Under the pieces are notes generated by a model that saw only the letters and a list, made by a program, of their open reading frames with translations, was not told where the DNA came from and made no database searches. From the IMG/VR virus record IMGVR_UViG_2648501437_000009: a DNA stretch of 10,176 nucleotides; one strand, 5' to 3'. The stretch comes from a virus. Taxonomy: Duplodnaviria > Heunggongvirae > Uroviricota > Caudoviricetes. The stretch's first letter is position 1. Every line of letters begins with the position of its first letter. Shown here in pieces: positions 1 to 7,995 of this stretch. A program made the position numbers and the translations under genes.

Positions 1-24
1 TCGGCGAAGGTAAGTTGATGACTC

Positions 25-1443
25 ATGATGAACCCTGTTCCATGGCTCCAGATGACAAACATGATCTCATATCAGGGACTTGTTCGCACCTTCCCTAGTG
101 AACTTGCAAAACTGGAAAAGCTAAAGAATCAGTATTCAAAGGAAGAATATAATAATCTTATCGCTCAAATAAATGAGCGTTATAAAGATCCAAAGCAACC
201 AAAGGCGAAAGGTTATTCGGATGATGCTGCCCAACGAATGATTGATCATCTGAATCAACAGAATGCGTTACTAAGTTCACAAGCTGAATTGACCGTTAAA
301 TTAAGTTCCTCTGAACAGGAACTGGTTAAGTGGCGTCAGCAGATTGCCGACCTGGAGTCACGACCGTCATCGAAATTAACCCAGGATCAGAAATCGCTTC
401 TCTTACACCGGGAAGAAATAACCGCGTTGATGGAGAAAAATGTTGCGATTGAAAAAAATAACAGGCTAATCAAGGAATCCGCCGAAATAGCTGCATGGCG
501 TGATTCATTGCAGGCTTCGATTGATAATCGTCAACAGGGGTATGACATTCAGATTGCTGGTTATGGGGTTGGCGATAAAAATCAGCAACGCCAGCAGGAA
601 TTACTGCGGATTGAACGTGAATATAACAATCAGCGTCTGCAACTTGAACGTGACTATGCAGATAAATCCCGTGGAATGTCAAATCATGTTTTTCAGGAGA
701 AAATGCAGGCTCTGAATGATGCTCTGGAACGAGAAAAAGAAATTGTCAGCCAGATAAACGAGCAGCTCGATATTCAGGCAGGAGACTGGATTAGTGGTGC
801 CTCCCAGGGATTCAATAACTGGCTGGATGACACTAAGGATATCGGTGCGCAGATAAAATCAACCACGACTCAGATGTTTGGTGGGATGACCGATGCGCTA
901 GGTGATTTTGTCACGACAGGCAAGGCAAATTTTCGTTCTTTCGCGACTTCCGTGATTTCGGATCTTAGTCGAATAGCATTAAAGGCTTCAATTACTGGGA
1001 TTTTCGACAGCATTAGTAACAGTTCTTCCGGAGGGATTTTAGGAACTATCGGGAGTGCTATTAGTAAATTTATTCCGAATGCAAAGGGCGGTGTTTATGA
1101 GTCTCCGTCATTGAGCACGTATTCGAACGGTATTTATGATTCCCCGCAATTTTTTGCTTTTGCAAAAGGGGCTGGTGTTTTTGGTGAGGCTGGACCGGAA
1201 GCCATTATGCCATTAACACGAACTTCCGATGGTTCTCTTGGTGTCAGAGCTATTAATAGTAAAAGTGGTAATGGAGGCGGAGATATTACCTATGCCCCTG
1301 TATACCAAATCACTATTCAAAATGACGGCCAGAATGGAGAGATTGGCCCTCAGGCAATAAAAGCACTTATGGGGATGGTTGATCAGCGGGTGCAGGGCAA
1401 TCTGTTAAATATGCGACGTGATGGGGGAATGTTAAGTGGCTAA
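25..1443 (+). CDS. Tail tape measure protein, C-terminal ~470 codons (gpH-like); possibly truncated or disrupted at the 5' end
   Basis: ORF 25..1443. N-terminal half is charged, Q/E/K/R-rich and heptad-like (coiled-coil, typical of tape measure proteins); C-terminal half is Gly/Ser-rich, ending ...NDGQNGEIGPQAIKAL...MRRDGGMLSG, which resembles the lambda gpH C-terminus as I recall it. Sits immediately upstream of M-L-K-I-J. In-frame TGA TGA at 16..21 prevents upstream extension in this frame. Confidence 0.8.
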   Translation: MMNPVPWLQMTNMISYQGLVRTFPSELAKLEKLKNQYSKEEYNNLIAQINERYKDPKQPKAKGYSDDAAQRMIDHLNQQNALLSSQAELTVKLSSSEQELVKWRQQIADLESRPSSKLTQDQKSLLLHREEITALMEKNVAIEKNNRLIKESAEIAAWRDSLQASIDNRQQGYDIQIAGYGVGDKNQQRQQELLRIEREYNNQRLQLERDYADKSRGMSNHVFQEKMQALNDALEREKEIVSQINEQLDIQAGDWISGASQGFNNWLDDTKDIGAQIKSTTTQMFGGMTDALGDFVTTGKANFRSFATSVISDLSRIALKASITGIFDSISNSSSGGILGTIGSAISKFIPNAKGGVYESPSLSTYSNGIYDSPQFFAFAKGAGVFGEAGPEAIMPLTRTSDGSLGVRAINSKSGNGGGDITYAPVYQITIQNDGQNGEIGPQAIKALMGMVDQRVQGNLLNMRRDGGMLSG

Positions 1444-1774
1444 TACGGAAGAATTTCACTGGTTACCAGAGGATGGAATGAAAACAGAAAATAAACCATC
1501 GATAAAAACTGTAAGATTTGGCGATGGTTATGAGCAACGAAGTCCAAATGGACTTAATCATTCTCTGCGCGTTTTCACCTGTGATTTCAAAGTTGAGGCG
1601 AATGAACGTGATTCATTTGAAAAATTTTTAGCCCGGCATGAAGGCTATAAATCTTTTTTTTGGCGGCCGCCGGGTATTAACAGAAAAATCAGAGTGGTGT
1701 GTCGAACGTGGTCAGCGACAGAACATATCACCTATACCGATTTTTCGTGTCAGTTTGACGAAGTGGTGATCTGA
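1436..1774 (+). CDS. M: Tail tip protein M (minor tail protein M)
   Basis: ORF 1436..1774 (GTG start overlapping the upstream stop). A likelier start is the in-frame ATG at 1478, preceded by GAGGA at 1468..1472. Contains the VRFGDGYEQR and KSFFWRPP motifs matching the gpM family (recalled lambda M: VRFGDGYSQR, KSFLWTPP). About 100-110 aa, the expected size and position between the tape measure gene and L. Confidence 0.85.
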   Translation: MANTEEFHWLPEDGMKTENKPSIKTVRFGDGYEQRSPNGLNHSLRVFTCDFKVEANERDSFEKFLARHEGYKSFFWRPPGINRKIRVVCRTWSATEHITYTDFSCQFDEVVI

Positions 1775-2472
1775 TGCAGGACATACAACAGGAAACGCTG
1801 AATGAATGCATTCGTGCGGAGCAGTCGGCCAGCGTGGTGCTCTGGGAAATCGACCTGACCGAGGTAGGCGGGGATCGCTACTTTTTCTGCAATGAGCAGA
1901 ACGAAAAAGGAGAGTCTGTCACCTGGCAGAGTCGTCAGTATCAGGCCTATCCCATTCAGGGGAGTGGATTTGAGATGAACGGCAAAGGTGCCAGTGCAAG
2001 GCCAACGCTGAAAGTATCTAATCTACACGGCATGGTCACCGGGATGGTGGAGGATTTGCAGAGTCTGGTCGGCGGAACAGTGGTCCGGCGTAAGGTCTAC
2101 GCTCGTTTTCTGGATGCGGTGAACTTCATTAACGGAAACAGTGAAGCCGATCCGGAGCAGGAGGTGATCAGCCGCTGGTGCATCGAGCAGTGCAGCGAAC
2201 TGAACGCGGTTAGCGCGGCCTTTGTGCTGTCCACGCCGACGGAAACGGATGGTGCCGTTTTCCCGGGGCGTATCATGCTGGCTAATACCTGCACCTGGAC
2301 CTATCGCGGTGATGAGTGCGGTTATCACGGTCCGGCGGTCGCGGATGAATATGACCAGCCAACGTCCGATATCACGAAGGATAAATGCAGCAAATGCCTG
2401 AGTGGCTGTAAGTTTCGCAATAACGTCGGCAACTTTGGCGGCTTCCTTTCCATTAACAAACTTTCGCAGTGA
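1774..2472 (+). CDS. L: Tail tip assembly protein L (Fe-S cluster-binding)
   Basis: ORF 1774..2472, 232 aa. ATG overlaps the M stop (ATGA at 1772..1776). Protein MQDIQQETLNECIRAEQSASVVLWEIDL...CSKCLSGCKFRNNVGNFGGFLSINKLSQ appears near-identical to lambda gpL from memory, including the C-terminal cysteine cluster. Same length as lambda L. Confidence 0.95.
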   Translation: MQDIQQETLNECIRAEQSASVVLWEIDLTEVGGDRYFFCNEQNEKGESVTWQSRQYQAYPIQGSGFEMNGKGASARPTLKVSNLHGMVTGMVEDLQSLVGGTVVRRKVYARFLDAVNFINGNSEADPEQEVISRWCIEQCSELNAVSAAFVLSTPTETDGAVFPGRIMLANTCTWTYRGDECGYHGPAVADEYDQPTSDITKDKCSKCLSGCKFRNNVGNFGGFLSINKLSQ

Positions 2473-3221
2473 ATCCCATGACAGAGACAGAATCAGCGAT
2501 TCTGGCGCACGCCCGGCGATGTGCGCCAGCGGAGTCGTGCGGCTTCGTGGTGAGAACGCCGGAGGGAGAAAGATATTTTCCCTGCGTGAATATCTCCGGT
2601 GAGCCGGAGGCGTATTTCCGGATGTCGCCGGAGGACTGGCTGAGTGCAGAAATGCAGGGTGAGATTGTGGCGCTGGTGCACAGCCATCCCGGTGATCTGC
2701 CCTGGCTGAGTGAGGCCGACCGGCGACTGCAGGTGCAGAGTGATTTGCCGTGGTGGCTGGTCTGCCGGGGGGCGATTCATAAGTTCCGCTGTGTGCCGCA
2801 TCTCACCGGGCGGCGCTTTGAGCACGGGGTGACGGACTGTTACACGCTGTTCCGGGACGCTTACCATCTGGCGGGGATTGAGATGCCGGATTTTCATCGC
2901 GGGGATGACTGGTGGCGTAACGGTCAGAATCTCTATCTGGATAATCTGGAGGCCACGGGGCTGTATCAGGTGCCGTTGTCATCAGCACAACCGGGCGATG
3001 TGCTGTTGTGCTGTTTTGGTTCATCGGTGCCGAATCATGCCGCCATTTACTGTGGTGACGGCGAGCTGCTGCACCATATTCCTGAACAACTGAGCAAACG
3101 AGAGAGGTATACCGACAAATGGCAGCGACGCACACACTCCCTCTGGCGTCACCGGGCATGGCACGCATCTGCCTTTACGGGGATTTACAACGATTTGGCC
3201 GCCGCATCGACCTTCGAGTGA
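2469..3221 (+). CDS. K: Tail tip assembly protein K (JAMM/MPN-like plus NlpC/P60-like domains)
   Basis: ORF 2469..3221 (GTG overlapping the L stop; alternative ATG at 2478 giving MTETESAIL...). Contains a JAMM-type motif HSHPGDLPWLSEAD and a downstream Cys/His region (DCYTLF...HH) typical of NlpC/P60 papain-like folds, the architecture described for lambda gpK. The 3' end overlaps gene I by about 100 nt in a different frame. Confidence 0.88.
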   Translation: MNPMTETESAILAHARRCAPAESCGFVVRTPEGERYFPCVNISGEPEAYFRMSPEDWLSAEMQGEIVALVHSHPGDLPWLSEADRRLQVQSDLPWWLVCRGAIHKFRCVPHLTGRRFEHGVTDCYTLFRDAYHLAGIEMPDFHRGDDWWRNGQNLYLDNLEATGLYQVPLSSAQPGDVLLCCFGSSVPNHAAIYCGDGELLHHIPEQLSKRERYTDKWQRRTHSLWRHRAWHASAFTGIYNDLAAASTFE

Positions 3222-3760
3222 AAACGGGGTCCGAAGCCATCCGGGCGCTGGCCATGCAGATCCCGGCATTTCGTCAGAAACTGAGCGACGGCTGGTACCA
3301 GGTACGCATTGCCGGGCGTGATGCAGGTGAAACCGAATTGTCTGCCCGTCTTAATGAGCCGCTGGAAAATGGTGCCGTGATCCATATCGTGCCGCGTCTG
3401 GCAGGAGCCAAAAGTGGCGGTGTGTTTCAGGCTGTGCTGGGGGCGGCTGTTATGGCGGTTGCTATATGGATGCCGGGGGTAGGAATTATGGCGAGTAATC
3501 TGCTGTTTTCTCTCGGTGCCAGTATGACGCTTGGCGGTGTTGCACAGATGCTGGCCCCTAAACCCAAAACCCCCCGCACACAGACAACGGATAACGGCAA
3601 ACAGAATACCTATTTTTCTTCACTGGATAACATGGTTGCCCAGGGCAATGTTCTGCCGGTTCTGTACGGTGAAATGCGCGTGGGGTCACGCGTGGTTTCT
3701 CAGGAGATCAGCACGGCAGACGAAGGGGATGGTGGTCAGGTTGTGGTGATTGGTCGCTGA
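3119..3760 (+). CDS. I: Tail tip assembly protein I
   Basis: ORF 3119..3760, 213 aa. MAATHTLPLASPGMARICLYGDLQRFGRRIDLRVKTG... followed by a hydrophobic Gly/Ala-rich segment and C-terminal ...NVLPVLYGEMRVGSRVVSQEISTADEGDGGQVVVIGR; matches the gpI family. Positioned between K and J. Confidence 0.9.
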   Translation: MAATHTLPLASPGMARICLYGDLQRFGRRIDLRVKTGSEAIRALAMQIPAFRQKLSDGWYQVRIAGRDAGETELSARLNEPLENGAVIHIVPRLAGAKSGGVFQAVLGAAVMAVAIWMPGVGIMASNLLFSLGASMTLGGVAQMLAPKPKTPRTQTTDNGKQNTYFSSLDNMVAQGNVLPVLYGEMRVGSRVVSQEISTADEGDGGQVVVIGR

Positions 3761-3778
3761 TACAAAATGTTTTATGTG

Positions 3779-3798
3779 AAACCGCCTCCGGGCGGTTT
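3779..3798 (+). promoter_or_regulatory. Perfect 8-bp stem / 4-nt loop hairpin in the I-J intergenic gap (possible weak terminator, attenuator or RNA stability element)
   Basis: AAACCGCC (3779..3786) - TCCG - GGCGGTTT (3791..3798) are exact reverse complements; followed by TATCGTTTAT (T-rich but interrupted), then GGAG at 3809..3812 and the J ATG at 3821. Confidence 0.4.
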
Positions 3799-3820
3799 TA
3801 TCGTTTATGGAGCATGACGA

Positions 3821-4798
3821 ATGGGTAAAGGCAGCAGTAAGGGGCATACCCCGCGCGAAGCGAAGGACAACCTGAAGTCCACGCAGCTGCTGAGTGTGAT
3901 CGATGCCATCAGCGAAGGGCCGGTTGAAGGTCCGGTGGATGGATTAAAAAGCGTGCTGCTGAACAGTACGCCGGTGCTGGACAGTGAGGGGAATACCAAT
4001 ATATCCGGCGTCACGGTGGTGTTCCGGGCAGGTGAGCAGGAGCAGACACCGCCGGAGGGATTTGAATCCTCCGGCTCCGAGACGGTGCTGGGTACGGAAG
4101 TGAAATATGACACGCCGATAACCCGGACCATCACGTCGGCAAACATTGACCGTCTGCGCCTGACCTTCGGTGTGCAGGCACTGGTGGAAACCACCTCAAA
4201 GGGGGACAGGAATCCGTCGGAAGTCCGCCTGCTGGTTCAGATACAGCGTAATGGTGGCTGGGTGACGGAAAAAGACATCACCATTAAGGGCAAAACCACC
4301 TCGCAGTATCTGGCCTCGGTGGTGGTGGATAACCTGCCGCCGCGCCCGTTTAATATCCGGATGCGCAGAATGACGCCGGACAGCACCACAGACCAGCTGC
4401 AGAACAAAACGCTCTGGTCGTCATACACCGAAATCATCGATGTGAAACAGGGCTACCCGAACACGGCACTGGTCGGCGTACAGGTGGATTCGGAGCAGTT
4501 CGGCAGCCAGCAGGTGAGCCGTAATTATCATCTGCGCGGACGCATTCTGCAGGTGCCGTCGAACTACAACCCGCAAAAACGGCACATACAGCGGTATCTG
4601 GGACGGAACGTTAAAACCAGCATACAGCAACAACACGGCCTGGTGTCTGTGGGATATGCTGACCCACCCGCGCTACGGCATGGGGAAACGTCTTGGTGCA
4701 GCGGATGTGGACAAATGGGCGCTGTATGTCATCGGCCAGCACTGCGACCAGTCGGTGCCGGACGGCTCTGGCGGCACGGAGCCGCGCATCACCTGTAA
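3821..4798 (+). CDS. J: J fragment 1 (N-terminal); J-like sequence ends near 4576, rest of the ORF is out-of-frame read-through
   Basis: ORF 3821..4798. After ...LQVPSNYNPQ the translation (KRHIQRYLGRNVKTSIQQQH...) loses J-like character while the +1 frame continues J. Confidence 0.6.
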   Translation: MGKGSSKGHTPREAKDNLKSTQLLSVIDAISEGPVEGPVDGLKSVLLNSTPVLDSEGNTNISGVTVVFRAGEQEQTPPEGFESSGSETVLGTEVKYDTPITRTITSANIDRLRLTFGVQALVETTSKGDRNPSEVRLLVQIQRNGGWVTEKDITIKGKTTSQYLASVVVDNLPPRPFNIRMRRMTPDSTTDQLQNKTLWSSYTEIIDVKQGYPNTALVGVQVDSEQFGSQQVSRNYHLRGRILQVPSNYNPQKRHIQRYLGRNVKTSIQQQHGLVSVGYADPPALRHGETSWCSGCGQMGAVCHRPALRPVGAGRLWRHGAAHHL

Positions 4799-5474
4799 TG
4801 CGTACCTGACCACACAGCGCAAGGCGTGGGATGTGCTCAGTGATTTCTGCTCGGCGATGCGCTGTATGCCGGTATGGAACGGGCAGACGCTGACGTTCGT
4901 GCAGGACCGACCGTCGGATAAGGTGTGGACCTATAACCGCAGTAATGTGGTGATGCCGGATGATGGCGCGCCGTTCCGCTACAGCTTCAGCGCCCTGAAA
5001 GACCGCCATAATGCCGTTGAGGTGAACTGGATTGACCCGAATAACGGCTGGGAGACGGCGACAGAGCTTGTGGAGGATACGCAGGCCATTGCCCGTTACG
5101 GTCGTAACGTCACGAAGATGGATGCCTTTGGCTGTACCAGCCGGGGGCAGGCACACCGCGCCGGGCTGTGGCTGATTAAAACAGAACTGCTGGAAACGCA
5201 GACCGTGGACTTCAGCGTGGGTGCCGAAGGGCTTCGCCATGTACCGGGCGATGTCATTGAAATCTGTGATGATGACTATGCCGGTATCAGCACCGGCGGG
5301 CGCGTGCTGGCGGTAAACAGCCAGACCCGGACGCTGACGCTCGACCGTGAAATCACGCTGCCATCTTCCGGCACCACGCTGATAAGCCTGGTTGACGGGA
5401 AGTGGCAATCCGATCAGCGTGGAGGTTCAGTCCGTCACCGACGGCGTGAAGGTGAAAGTGAGCCGTGTTCCTGA
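4656..5474 (+). CDS. J: J fragment 2 (central); J-like reading frame actually begins near 4581 and ends near 5399
   Basis: ORF 4656..5474 from first ATG ([28 protein letters not shown]...). The same frame is open and J-like upstream from about 4581 (GTYSGIWDGTLKPAYSNNTAWCLWD). After ...LISLVDG the tail ([24 protein letters not shown]) is out-of-frame read-through. Confidence 0.6.
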   Translation: MLTHPRYGMGKRLGAADVDKWALYVIGQHCDQSVPDGSGGTEPRITCNAYLTTQRKAWDVLSDFCSAMRCMPVWNGQTLTFVQDRPSDKVWTYNRSNVVMPDDGAPFRYSFSALKDRHNAVEVNWIDPNNGWETATELVEDTQAIARYGRNVTKMDAFGCTSRGQAHRAGLWLIKTELLETQTVDFSVGAEGLRHVPGDVIEICDDDYAGISTGGRVLAVNSQTRTLTLDREITLPSSGTTLISLVDGKWQSDQRGGSVRHRRREGESEPCS

Positions 5475-7302
5475 CGGCGTTGCTGAATACAGCGTGTGGG
5501 GGCTGAAGCTGCCGACGTTGCGCCAGCGCCTGTTCCGCTGCGTGAGTATCCGTGAGAACGACGACGGCACGTATGCCATCACCGCCGTGCAGCATGTGCC
5601 GGAAAAAGAGGCCATCGTGGATAACGGGGCGCACTTTGACGGCGACCAGAGCGGCACGGTGAATGGTGTCACGCCGCCAGCGGTGCAGCACCTGACCGCA
5701 GAAGTCACCGCAGACAGCGGGGAATATCAGGTGCTGGCGCGCTGGGACACGCCGAAGGTGGTGAAGGGCGTGAGCTTCATGCTTCGCCTGACCGTGGCAG
5801 CGGACGACGGCAGTGAGCGGCTGGTCAGCACGGCCCGGACGACGGAAACCACATACCGCTTCACGCAACTGGCGCTGGGGAACTACAGGCTGACAGTCCG
5901 GGCGGTAAATGCGTGGGGGCAGCAGGGCGATCCGGCGTCGGTATCGTTCCGGATTGCCGCACCGGCAGCACCGTCGCGGATTGAGCTGACGCCGGGCTAT
6001 TTTCAGATAACCGCAACGCCGCATCTTGCCGTTTATGATCCGACGGTACAGTTTGAGTTCTGGTTCTCGGAAAAGCGGATTACCGATATCAGGCAGGTTG
6101 AAACCACAGCCCGCTATCTTGGTACGGCGCTGTACTGGATAGCTGCCAGTATCAATATCAGGCCGGGCCATGATTATTATTTTTATATCCGCAGTGTGAA
6201 TACCGTTGGCAAATCGGCATTCGTGGAGGCTGTTGGTCAGCCGAGTGATGATGCATCCGGTTATCTGGATTTTTTCAAAGGCGAGATAGGGAAAACCCAT
6301 CTGGCTCATGAGCTGTGGACGCAGATTGATAACGGTCAGCTTGCGCCTGACCTGGCTGAAATCAGGACGTCCATTACGGATGTCAGCAATGAAATCACGC
6401 AGACCGTCAATAAGAAACTGGAAGACCAGAGTGCGGCAATTCAGCAGATACAGAAGGTTCAGGTTGATACAAATAATAACCTGAACAGCATGTGGGCTGT
6501 GAAGCTGCAGCAGATGCAGGACGGACGCCTTTATATCGCGGGTATTGGTGCCGGTATTGAGAACACCCCTGACGGCATGCAGAGTCAGGTGCTGCTGGCG
6601 GCGGACAGGATTGCGATGATTAATCCTGCGAATGGCAACACAAAACCGATGTTTGTTGGTCAGGGCGATCAGATATTCATGAACGAAGTGTTCCTGAAAT
6701 ATCTGACGGCTCCCACCATTACCAGCGGCGGTAATCCTCCGACATTTTCCCTGACACCGGACGGGCGGCTGACGGCGAAAAATGCCGATATCAGCGGTAA
6801 CGTGAATGCGAACTCCGGGACGCTCAATAATGTCACGATTAACCAGAACTGTCGGATTATGGGAAAGCTGTCTGTCAACCAGATTGAAGGCGATATTGTC
6901 AAAACAGTGGGTAAGGCTTTCCCGCGGGACTCCCGGGCACCGGAGCGGTGGCCATCAGGGACCATTACCGTCAGGATTTATGACGATCAGCCGTTTGACC
7001 GGCAGATTGTTATTCCGGCGGTGGCATTCAGCGGCGCTAAACATGAGAGAGAGCATACTGATATTTACTCCTCATGCCGTCTGATAGTGCGGAAAAACGG
7101 TGCTGAAATTTATAACCGTACCGCGCTGGATAATACGCTGATTTACAGTGGCGTTATTGATATGCCTGCCGGTCACGGTCACATGACGCTGGAGTTTTCG
7201 GTATCAGCATGGCTGGTGAATGACTGGTATCCCACAGCAAGTATCAGCGATTTGCTGGTTGTGGTGATGAAGAAAGCCACCGCAGGCATCAGTATCAGTT
7301 GA
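5392..7302 (+). CDS. J: J fragment 3 (C-terminal, includes the presumed receptor-binding region)
   Basis: ORF 5392..7302 (TTG at 5392 is an ORF-caller start; J frame resumes at about 5401 with [26 protein letters not shown]). 636 codons uninterrupted to the stop at 7300..7302. Confidence 0.65.
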   Translation: MTGSGNPISVEVQSVTDGVKVKVSRVPDGVAEYSVWGLKLPTLRQRLFRCVSIRENDDGTYAITAVQHVPEKEAIVDNGAHFDGDQSGTVNGVTPPAVQHLTAEVTADSGEYQVLARWDTPKVVKGVSFMLRLTVAADDGSERLVSTARTTETTYRFTQLALGNYRLTVRAVNAWGQQGDPASVSFRIAAPAAPSRIELTPGYFQITATPHLAVYDPTVQFEFWFSEKRITDIRQVETTARYLGTALYWIAASINIRPGHDYYFYIRSVNTVGKSAFVEAVGQPSDDASGYLDFFKGEIGKTHLAHELWTQIDNGQLAPDLAEIRTSITDVSNEITQTVNKKLEDQSAAIQQIQKVQVDTNNNLNSMWAVKLQQMQDGRLYIAGIGAGIENTPDGMQSQVLLAADRIAMINPANGNTKPMFVGQGDQIFMNEVFLKYLTAPTITSGGNPPTFSLTPDGRLTAKNADISGNVNANSGTLNNVTINQNCRIMGKLSVNQIEGDIVKTVGKAFPRDSRAPERWPSGTITVRIYDDQPFDRQIVIPAVAFSGAKHEREHTDIYSSCRLIVRKNGAEIYNRTALDNTLIYSGVIDMPAGHGHMTLEFSVSAWLVNDWYPTASISDLLVVVMKKATAGISIS

Positions 7303-7321
7303 ATTTTATAACCCAAATACG

Positions 7322-7346
7322 GGCGCCAGAAATGGCGCCTTTTTTA
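7322..7346 (+). terminator. Rho-independent terminator downstream of J
   Basis: GGCGCCA (7322..7328) - GAAA loop - TGGCGCC (7333..7339), a perfect 7-bp GC-rich stem with a GNRA-type tetraloop, followed immediately by TTTTTTATT (7340..7348). Lies 20 nt after the J stop. Confidence 0.8.
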
Positions 7347-7369
7347 TTGCAGAAAAGCGAGAGGTAATT

Positions 7370-7969
7370 ATGCGTAAATTATGTGCTGTTATTCTGTCTG
7401 CAGTAGTCTGGCTGGTCGCCGCTGGTACGCCAGCGAGTGCAGCAGAGCATCAGTCCACACTAAGCGCCGGGTATCTTCAGACCCATACTGATATGCCAGG
7501 CAGCGATGACCTGAAGGGCATTAACGTGAAATACCGTTATGAGTTTACGGACACGCTGGGGCTGATTACGTCATTCAGTTATGCCAATGCTGAAGATGAG
7601 CAAAAAACGCATTACAGCGATACCCGCTGGCATGAAGATTCCGTGCGTAACCGCTGGTTCAGCGTGATGGCGGGGCCGTCTGTGCGCGTGAATGAATGGT
7701 TCAGCGCGTATGCGATGGCGGGTATGGCTTACAGCCGTGTGTCGACTTTCTCCGGGGATTATCTGCACGTAACCGACAACAAGGGGAAAACGCACGATGT
7801 GCTGACCGGAAGTGATGACGGTCGCCACAGCAACACGTCTCTGGCGTGGGGAGCTGGCGTGCAGTTTAACCCGACCGAATCCGTGGCCATTGATATTGCT
7901 TATGAAGGTTCCGGCAGTGGCGACTGGCGTACTGACGGTTTCATCGTGGGTGTCGGTTATAAATTCTGA
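7370..7969 (+). CDS. lom: Lom outer-membrane protein (Ail/Lom/PagC/OmpX family beta-barrel); lysogenic-conversion moron
   Basis: ORF 7370..7969, 199 aa. RBS GAGAGG at about 7357..7362. N-terminal signal peptide MRKLCAVILSAVVWLVAAGTPASA-AEH. C-terminus ...VAIDIAYEGSGSGDWRTDGFIVGVGYKF ends in aromatic F, typical of OM beta-barrels, and matches the lambda Lom C-terminus as I recall it. Position after J matches lambda. Confidence 0.9.
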   Translation: MRKLCAVILSAVVWLVAAGTPASAAEHQSTLSAGYLQTHTDMPGSDDLKGINVKYRYEFTDTLGLITSFSYANAEDEQKTHYSDTRWHEDSVRNRWFSVMAGPSVRVNEWFSAYAMAGMAYSRVSTFSGDYLHVTDNKGKTHDVLTGSDDGRHSNTSLAWGAGVQFNPTESVAIDIAYEGSGSGDWRTDGFIVGVGYKF

Positions 7970-7995
7970 TTAGCCAGGTAACACAGTGTTATGGC

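Larger units (their letters stand above)
3821..7302 (+). pseudogene. J: Tail tip host-specificity protein J (central tail fibre), interrupted by two +1 frameshifts as assembled
   Basis: Three consecutive ORFs (3821..4798, 4656..5474, 5392..7302) in successive +1 frames together span about 1160 codons. The N-terminus MGKGSSKGHTPREAKDNLKSTQLLSVIDAISEGPVEGPVDGLKSVLLNSTPVLD matches lambda gpJ. Homology continues across both frame changes (...SNYNPQ / GTYSGIWDGTLKPAYSNN... and ...LISLVDG / [18 protein letters not shown]...), so this is one gene with two frame disruptions. Confidence 0.85.

Noticed and set aside
470-715. Short ORFs inside the tape measure gene (470..682 -, 500..715 +)
   Set aside because: Embedded in the tape measure coding frame, short, with no motifs or start context; chance ORFs.
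2023-3385. Short ORFs overlapping L, K and I (2023..2328 -, 2097..2294 -, 2402..2602 +, 2493..2897 -, 2803..3168 -, 2878..3093 +, 3021..3269 -, 3185..3385 -, 3531..3749 +)
   Set aside because: All overlap strongly conserved L/K/I reading frames and show the skewed Arg/Cys/His-rich composition of out-of-frame or antisense translation.
3805-4636. ORFs overlapping the start of J (3805..4194 -, 4237..4437 -, 4421..4636 -)
   Set aside because: Antisense to the conserved J N-terminal coding region; no independent support.
4611-6309. Long minus-strand ORFs (4611..5408, 265 aa; 5353..6309, 318 aa; also 5427..5708) antisense to J
   Set aside because: They lie entirely within the conserved J coding region; translations are Arg/His/Pro/Cys-rich with no recognisable motifs, typical of antisense shadow ORFs in GC-rich coding DNA. 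No RBS or independent start context.
6669-7084. ORFs 6669..6965 (-) and 6806..7084 (+) within the J C-terminal region
   Set aside because: Inside the uninterrupted third J segment, in alternative frame or antisense; no motifs.
7571-7828. Minus-strand ORF 7571..7828 overlapping lom
   Set aside because: Antisense to the well-supported lom frame; His/Arg-rich shadow ORF.
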